Assembly: GCF_009914755.1 (NCBI RefSeq)
Contig: NC_060926.1
From: the human T2T-CHM13v2.0 reference genome, Homo sapiens
DNA: 64,000 nucleotides
Reading direction: 5' to 3' (one strand)
A program made the position numbers and the translations under genes. Under the pieces are notes generated by a model that did no database searches, was not told where the DNA came from, and saw only the letters and a list, made by a program, of their open reading frames with translations. Positions 1 to 12,397 of the stretch are shown one piece after another; within the stretch, counting starts at the first letter, position 1; the number at the start of each line of letters is the position of its first letter.

Positions 1-565
1 AAAAGTGTACTTGCCTCCCTGCTCCCTGCTACGGATGATGGAGTAATGAAGGACTTAATTCACAGCAGTGACCAAGAGCAGGAATTTAAATCCCTGTGGA
101 GGAGAGTTTGAAGGATATGGGCCTCAAAAGTCACTGTGTGTGAGGGGCCAACCACAGAGCTTGGGTTCTCATCACTCTCCTCCCACTGCCTTAAATCTTT
201 GCATAGGACCTCACAGTTTTTGAAGTTCTGTCACTCACATGATCTCATTTGATCCTTACCAGATCCTTGTGAAGCAGGCTGAGCAAGGATTGTTTTCTGA
301 ATTTTATAGACAAGGGAATTGAGGTACAGAAAAGTGCTGATTTATCTAAGCCAGCAAATGGCAGAAGCTCTGTCTAATTAATTCCATGCCAGATAGTTTT
401 TTAGTACATCATGAGGCCTCCAAATAAAGACAACTCTGGGATGTGTTGAATGCAGAAGGAGCTGATAAGACAAAGTCCTTCACATGAACCTGTCCAAATA
501 GTCTCAGTCCTGGTTTTGAATACTGAAGTACCCAAACTTCCTTGACCTTCTCATTTCTTCCCCAG

Positions 566-692
566 TGATTACCGTGGGTAAGAAAAAAAACAGCAGAAAG
601 TAAAAGCGTCATGAAACCTCACCATGGTGAGGTTGGTGAGGCTCCCGTGATGCTTTTACTTTTTGCTGTTTTTTTCTCCCACATGGTAATCA
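566..692. repeat. Imperfect inverted repeat (hairpin) with a central 20-bp perfect palindrome
   Basis: tgattacc...aaaaaaacagcagaaagtaaaagcgtca pairs with tgatgcttttactttttgctgttttttt...ggtaatca. The palindrome aacctcaccatggtgaggtt is at 615-634. Confidence 0.9.
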
Positions 693-2254
693 TTATCTAG
701 CTCAGTGTTTCCCAGCCATTTTTTTTCATTCTCCCACTGCCCCCTTGAAAATACTATTTAGACATTTTTTTTCCTAATTACTCCCCCTCCCTGCAATCTT
801 AATACCACAGATATGTTGTATATCTTTTTATGTACTATATGTATATCTGTGGTTTACCCCAAAAATTAGTACAATTTATTTCACCCACATAAGAAACAAT
901 GTTTGCTCCCTCAGTGCCATTTTGCTCTTGTTGTGAATGCCTGGTGTAGCTCATAACTATGAATTCGGTAAAAAGAAAAGAAGGAAGGAAGGATGGAGGG
1001 AGGGAAAGAAAAAATGAAGGGAGAGTAGAAAACAAACAAACAATAAAACAAGCCAGCAATGACGTAAAACACTAAACTGACGATGTCCTCAATTTCCCAA
1101 CAGCTCTAGCATTCCCTGCTAGTATAGATTCAAGTATTGAGGTTTCACTATGGCCAAAGCATTGCCAATATTTCTGTCCAAAGCTGGGACAGAGCATGCT
1201 TTAATCATTCTGTGAGTGAATCCCAAAGAACAAGGTGTGGCTTGAAACACACTCAACTTTTGGAATCTCAATTCCCTAGTTGCAAACGAGAATGTTCCCT
1301 CTGACCAAAGATAGTTTTTCCTCGTGGGATTTAGTAGATCTCTAAAGACGTTGGAGTCTTTCCCTTGGGGGAAGTTCATCGCTTTGCCTGTTGATAAGCG
1401 ATAGCAAAGGAGAATGCATAGAAAGTTACTCTTACTTTTATTTTCTCCTCCTTAACTTCATACCCTGCCTAACAAATTGGAGAACTAGAAGGAAAGCCAG
1501 AATTCACCACTACAGACCTAAGAAAGAAAGGTCTGGACAGGTGGAACCAACTTGCTCAAGGGCCAGGAGCAAATTAGTGTCAAAGCTGGGACATGGAGTT
1601 TGTCTCTTGATACAGGACCTCCTCTGCCAGAAGAAAGGGTCAACCTCAGATGTGTACTTCATCATTTGTTAAATTTCCTTGAGCAGCATCCAACTATGGC
1701 TGTGATTACACAAAGAAAAAGCTTCTTTAAATAAACACCAGCAAATCTGCTTCAGCTGAAGATGTATGCTTAGTGTCCCAGGGGCCAGTATGATTTAATA
1801 TTGCCAATATTAAATAAGAGTTTGGGGCTTGGATAACAATTGCAAGCTGGGTAGCAGTTTTTCACCTCCAGGAATTGACTATAGATAGCAAACAGCTCAG
1901 ATGTGGAAACAGTTTTTCCACATCACCAGAAGGCCCTTGTAGCTGGCTGCTAGCCTTCAGCTCCTATGAAAACTGGAAGATGTGTGTGCACATGGCCACG
2001 TGTATTCCAGGATCAGGTTCACCAGGGCTGCCAGACCACAGTGGTAAAGGCAAGCCACTAAAGAACCAGAACAAAGTCAGTGAGTGGTGTATGGGCTAAG
2101 GCCTGGCCAGTTAGAAAGCTGGGAAGGAAGCCATGTGTAGTCTTTGCAACTCCAGACTTCACTGCCTCCATATCCCTCTTTTAGGCCCAGTGCTTTCAGG
2201 AATTCAGGTTTTTGAGTCTCATCCTATCACAGAAGAAAATGGTGACAGCCTAGC

Positions 2255-2720
2255 TTTGCAGGATGACAATCCTGGTTACACCCTGATTCAACCCCTTCCT
2301 GGCTATGTGACCTTGTTTTGTTCATCTTTTATTTAGAAAACACTTATCTAGTACTTGCCACATGCCAGACACCATTCTAAGCACTTTATAAGGAATAACT
2401 CTTTCATTCTCAGTAACAATGGGCTTAATTCTTATAACAACCCTATGTCCATTTTATAGATGAAGGAACTGAGGATCAGAAAGGTTAATTGCCTTGCCAA
2501 AGTCACTCAGCCAGAATTTGAACCCAAGGAATGTGTCTCCCTTGACACATCCTACCATGGTAAGTGACCTTGGGCAAGTTGTTGACCCACCCCAACCTCA
2601 GTTTACCTGTTTGTAAAGGGAGGATGCTAATACTACTCTGAACGAGGAGGGATGAAGGCTTTTTGCAGGGCTTAAATGAGAAAATCTTAAGGATTTTGCA
2701 GGTTGCCAGGCACCTAGCAA
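2255..2720. mobile_element. Nested MIR fragments (other MIRs near 240-370, 4290-4490, 7470-7570, 16395-16500, 19660-19780, 35930-36120, 63720-63900)
   Basis: MIR core motifs ccattttatagatgaaggaactgagg and gtgaccttgggcaagtt...cctcagttt. Confidence 0.75.
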
Positions 2721-4737
2721 GTAAAATATATGATTAACACTCCTATAGGTGGAGGTCATGTTTCATAAATGGATCAAGAAGAAGTGGAGGCCTCTTCTGC
2801 ATACTCTCATGGTGAGTCTGATAGGCCTATGCCAGCATAGTCCTCTTGAGAATGTCTCACCTTCGCAGGTGCAATCATTTATAAGTTAAATGGTTCTATT
2901 GTTCACTCCACAAATGTTGACTTAAGCTCTGAACAAGAAATGTTGTGCTACTTTGATTGAATGAGTTGAGCAATATAATCGGAAGTTAAAAGCATCTGAG
3001 TGATATGTTATGTTTAGTGGCATTTCAGTTATAATGTGGTTTCTCCTTTTCTTTCCTACAGCATGTTTGCTCTTTTTTTTGTACCTTTATGATTTTTGAA
3101 ATAATATGCAAAAAAGATCAGTATGAAACACTCAGACAAAAAATGGCCTGGACAGCAAAGCAGTGCTGCTGCATTCTGAAAAGTCCCATTATTTTTAAAA
3201 TAAAAATTTAATAAAATAAAAGAAACACAGTCTCAGTTGCAGGGAAATATAGATTTCACCATAAATGCAATCACTATGGAGCAGAGACAGTGAGGAAAAA
3301 TAACAGAGTGAGTGGTTGTTCTGCAGCTGAGGGACAAATGACAGAATTGCCTTGGCCAGCTGAAGACAGATTGTTGCATTGTTCCATTAATTGTGTGTAA
3401 CTTGGCTTTTCCAGACCTTTCTGTGGCAGACTAATCCAGCTCTGTGTGCTGCTGAGCCATCTCACTTATACTGAAGGCTGCCTACAATATCTCTAAGATA
3501 GAGAGCCCTGCTACACATAGTTTGCAATATTGAGAGTTCTTCACTGAGGATAAATATGCTGATGGTGAACACCTAAAAATATGTGATTTTTAAAGAGGAC
3601 TTTGGTTTAAGGAGGTAAAATATGACAGAAGATCCAATCTTTATCCTGGCTTTACTTTAAGCCCCATAAACTGTTGACTAATCTGCTCTTGTAAGAGAGC
3701 ATTCACTTGTGTTGTTTCATTTAAGGGGAACAAGGTGGGATGTCCTGGCCAAATGTATGCTACCCGTCTGTTTAAGTGCCTGAAATTCCAGCATTAGAGT
3801 GATTTCCTTTGGTTATTTCCCCCAAAGATCCTTGTTTAAGTTGCAAAAATCCCCGGAGTAGAATTATCACCACTCCACCGATCAGTGTCCTACTAGGATT
3901 TATGTTTACATTCTTGGAAGAGCTGGTGGCAAATCTGTGGATGCAGTGGACTGAGTGGAAAGGGAATATTTTGGTGTTAGGGGTATTTGGAAAGAATTGA
4001 TGCCTATTTGGTTGTCTCTTGGGTGTCGTGGAGTCTCCTTTGGCAAAGAAAAGAGTGTCAGGCTTGGGATTGGGGTGGAGACACAGAGGGGCAGTGGTGA
4101 AACTATGATGTCAAACTTTGTAACTGCAGGACTTCAGTGGGAGGAGGTGTAGGAGCCTGTGTGCAATGGGTTTTCCAGGAATCCTCCTAAAGAAGTTATT
4201 GATTTGTATATTTTGAGCAGGACTAGCTTTACCTCATAATGACACAACCAATCAGAGAAGGAAAGGAAGGTGGTAGCGGGAGAAGGACTCAGAATTTAGA
4301 AGAGACATTTCTCAGTGCCAGCCCAGCAGTAACAATGACCTTGGGCAAGCTACTGAACCTTTTCAGATTTGAGTCTTCTTGTCTTAAAAATGGGACAAGT
4401 TTATGTCTGCCTTGTGAAATTATTGGGAGAGTAAAAACAAATATAAGAATAATTCTAAACAGCGCTTTGTAAACTAGAGTGCTCAGAGACTAATTCTAAG
4501 TACACCGATGCTTGCACGTCTTTCTTCTATCAGTGCCACCAGATGGAGTCAATGGCAGGAGGTGGGAAGGTGACTCCCTTCTCCCTGCCATGTAGCCCAC
4601 GTAACCTGACCCCATGGAGCCCTGACCCCATGGAGCCCAGGCACCAGCCAACCATGTCTTTTTAAAGAGCTGCAGTCAGACTTTTGGATCTTGTAGATTG
4701 CTGAGTTGTCCATGCTGTGAGTAGGCAACCCGCTAGC

Positions 4738-4940
4738 TCAGTGCTTCTCAGCCTTGGCTGAACTATGGAATCACCTGGGAAGCTTAAAAAAAATAATAAT
4801 AATAATAAAAATAATTCTCCTCACCAAGGCCACACCCCAGACCAGTTAACTCACAATCTGTTGAGGGTGGGGTCCAGGAGTCAGTATTTATTGAGGCTCC
4901 CAAGTGGTTCCAGTGTGCAGCCAGGGTTGACAAGCACTCT
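4738..4940. mobile_element. MER5A (hAT-Charlie)
   Basis: cagtgcttctcagccttggctg...gaatcacctgggaagctt...gtgcagccagggttgacaagcactctg. Confidence 0.75.
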
Positions 4941-6194
4941 GCTAGCTGAGCAATAGAGAAATAAGATGCAGCTAGAGAACGAATTCCTTCTTCTCATAAC
5001 ACGAGGGAAAATAACTTTACAACATTACATTGAGAACAGACAAATAGCTAACCTGGTGGACCAGAATAAAGAAATGATTGAAAAGGATTGAGGAGTCAGT
5101 GTAATCACAGCTACTTATGTTAACTTGAGTAGCATAAAACACAGATCTTGAAACTCTCTCCTCTTCCTCTCTTTTTCTTTTTTCTTTCTGTTTTGTTTTG
5201 TTCTCTCTTCTCCTCTCATCTCCTTCTCCCACCTTGCCTTTTTTTCTTCTCAATCTCTCTTTCTCTCTCTTTCCCTCCCATCCCATACCCCATTTTACTA
5301 GAAAGGTCTCTCAATTCCTAATATCCATTGTGGCCACTTACAATGTAGTATGTCATTTTGAGAGTCCTGAACAAATTTTTTTTTTTTTTTGTGGGTAGGG
5401 GGCTACCTCACACCACATCCCTGTGTCTCAGGTCTCATGTGCGGGTGAGTGTGTGTGTCCTCTCTAGGATTCCCTTTCATCTCTTCTGCACATTCTAAAA
5501 ACCCGATTCTCCCACCCATACATGCCTGAGCTTTCTCATCTTCTCCTCTGTTTTCCAGCATGTCCACCTACCTCTCTGAAGCCCCTGACTCTCAGTGAAT
5601 TTTTTTTTAACCTATATCTGCTCATTAATATTCAGGCAAGCCTGATGAATCAGAATGTCTGGAGGAATAGGAATTCAGGGGAATTTTAATTTTCTGGTTA
5701 AGTGACACTCTCTTGAAAACCACTTTTGTTTCAAGTTTTATTGTGGGGAAAAAATGGTAAAATAGAAGCCCCAAACTGGAAAGGTTCTTAGGGAATACCT
5801 AGAAGAATCCTTCTAAAAGTAGACACAGAGACCAATTGCAGTAAGATGATTAACAGATGATCCCAGGCATGTAAATGACAGTACTATGTCTAAAGATGAT
5901 AACTCCTGACTTCTAGACCCTATTTCTTCCAGAGCGCTTACTTGACCTGCCCTGCAGAAATGTTATGATTAACCAGAACCAAATGTGAATTATATTCTTT
6001 TAAGTGAATTCTCTAGTTCCTTATAATTTCATCTGCCCATGAACCTCACTCATCTGTGTTGCCTGTCTGTCCCCAGATGAATTTCAGTTTGCAGTTCTTG
6101 TATCTCTAGACTATCCTGTTTCTAAGGACTGAGATCATTTCCCTAAATATGTGCACCCTACTCACCAGACTGAGCACATTGATTTTTTTCTAGC

Positions 6195-6345
6195 TTATTT
6201 TTTTTTAGTTTTTTACGATTATTGCGGGTACATAGTAGATGCATAAATTTATGGGGTACATGAGATATTTTGATAGAGGCATGCAATGTGTAACAATTGC
6301 ATCATGGAAAATGAGGTATCTATCACCTCAAGCATTTATTTTTTT
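6195..6345 (-). mobile_element. L1MA-type 3' end fragment
   Basis: gggtacatagtagatgcataaatttatggggtacatgagatattttgat...catcatggaaaatgaggtatctatcacctcaagcattta. Confidence 0.8.
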
Positions 6346-6842
6346 AGCACACTGATTTTTAAAATAGAGGTTCATCACCACCTCACATACATTACAGTTT
6401 TGGTTGGGGAAGAAGAAGGCACAGGCTGGTGGGTTGGATTTGTTCAGACTGCAGAACCCCTCCTGGAAGGAATATCAAGTTTCTCATTTTCCTTCTTGTT
6501 AATTAAATCTCCACTGTTAACTTGATTTTTTTTTCCTGTTTCCTAAATGAGGTATTGCTAAAGAAAAAGTGGGTCAATTGAGGGTTCTGACTAGTTTTGT
6601 CCTAGTTAATTTAAGTTTTGCCATATGTTCTTTGAGAAGCATGTGTTAACTATGTGTTAACTTTTGCTGATTATCAGTGAACCTAAGGGCTTTTAATTTA
6701 GATTTCCAGTTACCTGGCAAGAGAACGACTTAAAAGGAATAAGTCTAGGTAAATCTAAAACTAACTCAGAAGTAAGACCATTCCTTGTAAAGCTGAAGCA
6801 CAGCATGATGCTTTAGATAGCACCATTACTTTCTGTCGTGGA

Positions 6843-7062
6843 GCAGGGTTTTTCAACTTCAGCACTCTTGACATTTTAGGTCAAATAATTATTTGATGTG
6901 GGGGATGTCCTTTGCTTGTAGGATGTTTCACAGTATCCAGACATCTACCTACTGGATACCAGTAGCACCATCTCACCCATGCATAAAAATTTTAACTGTC
7001 TCCAGACACAAACAAGTAAATGTCTACTGGGTGGCAAATTTGCCCCTGGTTGAGAACCAGTA
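6843..7062. mobile_element. MER20 (hAT-Charlie)
   Basis: cagggtttttcaacttcagcactcttgacatttt...gcccctggttgagaaccagt. Confidence 0.8.
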
Positions 7063-8118
7063 CCATAGACACATGATCCATTTAATCACTAAGGAAGAAA
7101 TGCAGATAAATCCCTGACAATAACATATGGATGTCTCTACTTTACTCTCTCTGAGTCTAAAATCCTATTTTAAGGGGTCGGACTGAATGTACTGGCCATT
7201 TCTCCTCCTGGAACCCCGGAGAAGTCTCCTCTATTGGCAGAGTCCTGCATTGCCCAATTACCAGTGACCAGAGCAAACAAGTCATGGTCAGAATTCCTGG
7301 ATTTCACCATTGTGCCCATGGCATTCAACAAGAATGTGTTGAGCATGTATCCTGTTCCCAGTCTAGTTCTAGGCTCTTTGTTAGGTGTAGGAGTGGAGGG
7401 GCAACCATTCAAGGAATAAAGAAACAGTGTGTAGTGAAAAGGCCACCAAGTCAATTAGCACATCCCAGTGCTTCCAATCACTAGCTGGGTGACTTTGCAC
7501 AATGTACCTGACTTCTGTAAGCCTCAGGTTCTTCATGTGAAGATAAGGTTGCTAGCACCTCCCTCACTTATTGTGATCTAGATAAAGGCACCATACCAGC
7601 GACTGCTCAGTAAATTGTATTTCTCCATCTCATTTATATCTTTGTCTAAATTGTAAGAATGCAATTGCCAGGCCCTTCACTTTGAGTAAAAAAAGCAAAA
7701 GTCTTCAGAAATTGTGTCCAGTTGAGCAAGGCCAGGAGATGGTGCCCAATCAGAAGTAAGAATTTTGCCTCCTGAATCCCAGAAAAACAAAAAAATCAGA
7801 GTAGAGCATACTTTAATGGAAAAATACTGAGGTGGAAAATACTCTCAAAAAATATATTCCCATTTGCTGGCTCTTCCCACTAGACAGCAGGTTACACTCT
7901 GCTGTGGCATAAGGAGCCCAGAAGTTCCCCAGCCTGCAAAGCGTCTACCTACTCATTAACTAATGCCTGAAAATACCATCAGCCATATCAGTCATTTATA
8001 TCTTAACTGTCACTGATTTTATCAGATCCTTTCCTGAATAAAAGTTTGATTATGAAGAAGAAAGTATTAGGATGATTAGTGCTAGAAGGTAGTTACATAA
8101 TGGTCACCTGCCTGCGCG

Positions 8119-8283
8119 TGTATGTGTGTGTGTGTGTGGTTATATATGTGTGTGTGTGTGGTACTATGTGGTTTTATATATTATATATTATATATATATA
8201 TACACACACACACATGTGTGCATATTTGTGTGTGTGCTGTTATATATACAGAGATAGATTGAGAGGTAGGAGTGTGTGTGTAT
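8119..8283. repeat. Compound (TG)n/(TA)n/(CA)n low-complexity repeat
   Basis: Read directly from sequence. Confidence 0.9.
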
Positions 8284-8416
8284 ATTTCAGAAGCACATTT
8301 AATGGTCATATTCTAGCTAATTCCTTTTTTTTGACATTCTAAACCTATCTCAAAATATATTTCAGAAGCACATTTAATGGTCATATTCTAGCTAATTCCT
8401 TTTTATTTGACATTCT
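8281..8416 (+). repeat. 60/61-bp direct duplication with a 15-bp spacer
   Basis: 8281-8340 versus 8356-8416, identical except for one inserted A. Confidence 0.95.
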
Positions 8417-10430
8417 GTCAATGGCAGACCCAAATCAGCCAACATCGCCACTCATCTAGAGGAGATAATTTATGTTTATTTTGACTACCCTGAAACATTA
8501 TGACACTCTTGCTCCAAAACAGATATAATTTCTGGTTCTTTGATAATTTTCTCTGTGAGAGGGGTATGTGATGATGTTCCTTCTACCATCTCATGTGATC
8601 CATCAATGCCCTGTTCTACTGGGCCATGTCAGATAGACTAGGCATCAAACTTGCTGACAAGTCGACTAAAATAAGCCGGAAACACAAGTGGCCCCTAATC
8701 CTACCAGAGATCTGTGTGTACTTGCTTGGAAAACTTGGGAGGAATAACAAGTGGCATTTGCCCCTCTGATTACTTACATATACTCATAAATGTGTTGTTG
8801 ATGCTAAATCATACCAAATGTCTGCCTTCTTGAAGGCAGAGAGAAAAGGTTGGGGGCTCTTCTACTTTGATGAGTTCAGAAGAATATTTTTAAATGGTTG
8901 AGAAAACTATTTCCTTTTACTGGAATAACCTTTCCTTTGCGATGGTAACTTTGTAGTCTTGGGAGTATAGGCTGCATTGTGGGTAGGTGGTCTCAACTAT
9001 TAATATCAAGGCTAAGATCTGAGCATCAGGGACTGCCTATTTTTTCTGAGTGCAGCAGAGGACAGGTCTCATTTAACCTGCTTCCTCTGGTCCAACCTAA
9101 AAAACTACTAGGGCTAAGACTGGTGTGAGAGTGTCATTTGTCATGTGAAAAGACTTTTTTTCTATATAAATATTCGAAAAACCTCAATACCACTGCTGAA
9201 CTTTAATCAGCTGGGAAGGTACTGCAAATGGAGGGTCAATCCATCACAATGCCCAGGACGAGACGTGAATTGTGGCCTTAAGTTCTTTTCAGATAGCACA
9301 GCATAATGAGATTAGCACCCTCTGTGGGAAGAATAAAAAAAAGGTGCTACACCTTTAAAAATTAGATTCTCTTTTAAATGCTTAGTAGTTTGCTTAGAGG
9401 GGTCAGAGCAAGTTTCTTGAAGCTTAAAGATTAATTAATTTGAGAAAGAAAAGATTTCAAGTGTTACAAAACCTTAGTTAAAACTACCACTTTCCCTTAT
9501 TCCTGCCGTTTCCCCCCACCTCCCCCCACCAATCTCCAGAGCTAGAGGCACAGGGGCATGAAATGATGTGAGCTAAATTCCCGTTTGTGTAGACAACGTT
9601 TGCTTGCCTACAAAGACACACAACGCAGAAACATACAGACACACACACAAAGTAAGAACATAGCTTTCTATGGTCATCATTTGCTCTTAAGCTCCCAGAT
9701 TGCAGATTCCTCTTTCCAATGGTTCTTCATGAAATGCGTATGGACTTAAGATCTTCTACATACATGATGTTTAATCATGGGCAGGGTGGGAGGAGTAGCA
9801 TAAAACAAAGCACGATTATTCTCTCTCTGTCTTATGGCCACCTTGAAACAAGAAGAGTGAAAGATAAAAATGTCTTGGGGATAGGAGATAAACTACAGTT
9901 TCCAATATTCAGATTTCTAGAGGGTAGGAGGGGACTTGTGGTTCTGATGCTTGCCAGAAAGGTTTTGCTTCTGAAAGCTTTCCCTGTAAGCACACCCACA
10001 CAGCTCTTTAATGCACCAAGCCAAAGCAGCTTTGGGCGCTGGATTCCTGTAGCCTTCCTATGAGATGGTTAAGTTCACGGAATCCAAGGAGCCCTCCTTC
10101 AGTTGCTACATTTTTTGTTTTCTAAAAAAGGTATGCCGTCTTCTAGAGGAGGTCGCTTTAGTAGGGTTTTAGGTAAGGCACATCCCTGAGAGAATCTTTT
10201 TCCTGCTACCCCTGCTCTTGGAGTGGTATGCTATTTAGAAAGGCAAACCCAAATGATTATGCTTAAATTCAAAACCCCCTCCTCAAAGTTATCAAACAAA
10301 GCACCTCTCTTCTAGAACACTAATAGTCTGAATGGGTGTCATGTGCATGATGTGTGTCATAATGTCATGTTTTAATTATAAATAAAGCAAGATGAAGTTT
10401 CCTGGCCAGGAAAAATGAGCTGGGGTGTTG

Positions 10431-10433
<3 letters not shown>

Positions 10434-10480
<47 letters not shown>
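10434..10480. repeat. (GT)n microsatellite
   Basis: About 23 perfect GT units, 1.5 kb downstream of the LRRTM1 poly(A) site. Confidence 0.97.
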
Positions 10481-10484
<4 letters not shown>

Positions 10485-12024
10485 AGCTGTCTCCCAGGGC
10501 TTAACATCTTAAAAGACATTTGCAAAATATTTCTCTTGAAAGAGACTCTTAGAAATACTATTTTTAGGCATACTGGTTTCTCCATAGGTAAAAGAGAAAC
10601 CTACCACCAACCCTTAGCTTAAGGAAACCTTCTGGTGATACCATTCTGCATTTCAAAAAGCTGATTTTGCCTCCTAAGATTGGTAGCTGGAGACATTTGC
10701 ATGTTGGGGGATGGTAGTGTGTGGTTCCCCATCCCCCCATTCCCTCTTCCTGCTATTTGGACTTCTCTCTCTCAAAAAAAAGGAAAAATAAAAACAGAAA
10801 GATGCAACTCTTTAGTGTCCGTTAGAGAGGGAAGAGAAAGACTTAGGGACATGGGCTACATTGGTTCAGCATCTGTCATCCATGACAGTTTATTTCAATC
10901 ATACATTTGCTTAAATTGTCATCTGATGAAGGAGCCCTCCGTCCAATGCACACAGCCTTCCCCTTCCCTTCTCTGCACCCACCAACTGCCACTACCACCA
11001 CCTCCTCACTCTTTAGTTCAATAGAAACTGAAATCTCAATGATGGACCTGGAAACCTATGAGGGGTGAGAAGGAGCAATCATCACTCTCAACACAGAAAA
11101 AAAAAAAAGGGAAAGCAAGCATTACACAAAAGGGCCATCTGAGAAGAGGCAGCTTTTCTGTCCTGGGTTAACAAATTATTCCCATCTCAGAAATATGCAA
11201 ACACAGGATCAAATGAGTATCTTCTCCCACTCTCCCCACCCCATCACTGCTCTGTCACCTCTGCCCCTAAAGTCTCTTGCTACAAGTCATTACCCTGCAG
11301 GCATTCATCCTAAGGTAGGTTTTTCTCCTCATTCCCCATAGAAACTAGGAATGTGCTGTCACTGTTTGGGAGCCTAAGCTTGCTGCAGTCTTAGCAATGT
11401 GCTCCAGAAGCACAGCTTTCAGCCCTAAACATCGGGATTCTGCCTCCTTCCCCTCAGCCAGACCAAAGAGAGCAGTGAGCTGAGGGGCTCCCTTTAACAG
11501 GGGGTACAAGAAGGGCACAAATGCTACTAAGTCTGGTGAATCAAAGACTCAGGAGAATTAAGAACAGGTGGCATTTGGGGATGAGATTTTGAGGTGATTT
11601 GAAAGATGGTTACATTAAGTGCAAAAATGTTTCGTGTTCCTAGGAGAAACTGTCTGGCATTGCTTTTTAAAAACCATTTGCAATGCTCTCTGCTTTAAAG
11701 GCTGAGTAAGGGTGCCCAGTCCTCAGTCCACCTCTCAGTTGCCTGAAGGTGGTTAGATTGCACTGTCCCTGCCCCAGTAATATAAAGGGTCTTGCAGTTT
11801 TTCTTTTTCTAGTCCTTACACATGTGGAGTAAATTAACATAAATCATTAATCTGATAAGCTTTCTTTGCCCTTCTTTAAAATTTCAAATTGAATCTGACT
11901 ACGTTGCTCCTGGATTTTCCTTCTGGCCCCTGGACAACTCCCTCCCCACCCACCAAGGAAATTTTAACTGTTGCTTTTCTTGTAACACAGGTAACAATTC
12001 ATTTAGGTTACACCAGTCTGTAAA

Positions 12025-12397
12025 AACTGTAAATGCTATTTTATTTTAAACATTTTAGTTTACAAAAAAAAAAAAAATCAATGATTGGTACCTTTTTTAC
12101 ACTCTCAGATTCCTGAATATGGACAGATCTTCAAAGGGAGGAAGGAGTTCTCATATGAAATTTAAGATAGACTGTCCTGAAGGTTGTGGGGTGGGGTTTT
12201 TTGTTGTGTTTTAATTCGCTTTTGTTTTTAAGACACAATAAAGCTAAAATGTCAAGTCTCTGGGAGAGATCCCCTTAAAGTTTCAGTCAAGGAGCATATC
12301 AGAGCACAGACAAGGAGACCCCAGCCTGGTGCCCGCCGGCCCGTCCCGGCTGCCCAGGCGTATTTGGTAGCGCATGGGTTGAGAGCCACTGGGACAA
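12025..12397 (-). other. LRRTM1: LRRTM1 3' UTR
   Basis: Lies between the stop codon (12398-12400) and the - strand AATAAA at 12045-12040. The cleavage site is approximate. Confidence 0.8.
12040..12045 (-). terminator. LRRTM1: Polyadenylation signal AATAAA of LRRTM1
   Basis: The + strand TTTATT at 12040-12045 lies about 350 nt downstream of the stop and is followed on the - strand by U-rich sequence (TTTACAGTTTTTAC). Confidence 0.8.

Noticed and set aside
4605-4636. 16-bp perfect tandem duplication (CCTGACCCCATGGAGC x2)
   Set aside because: Ordinary slippage micro-duplication with no sign of function.
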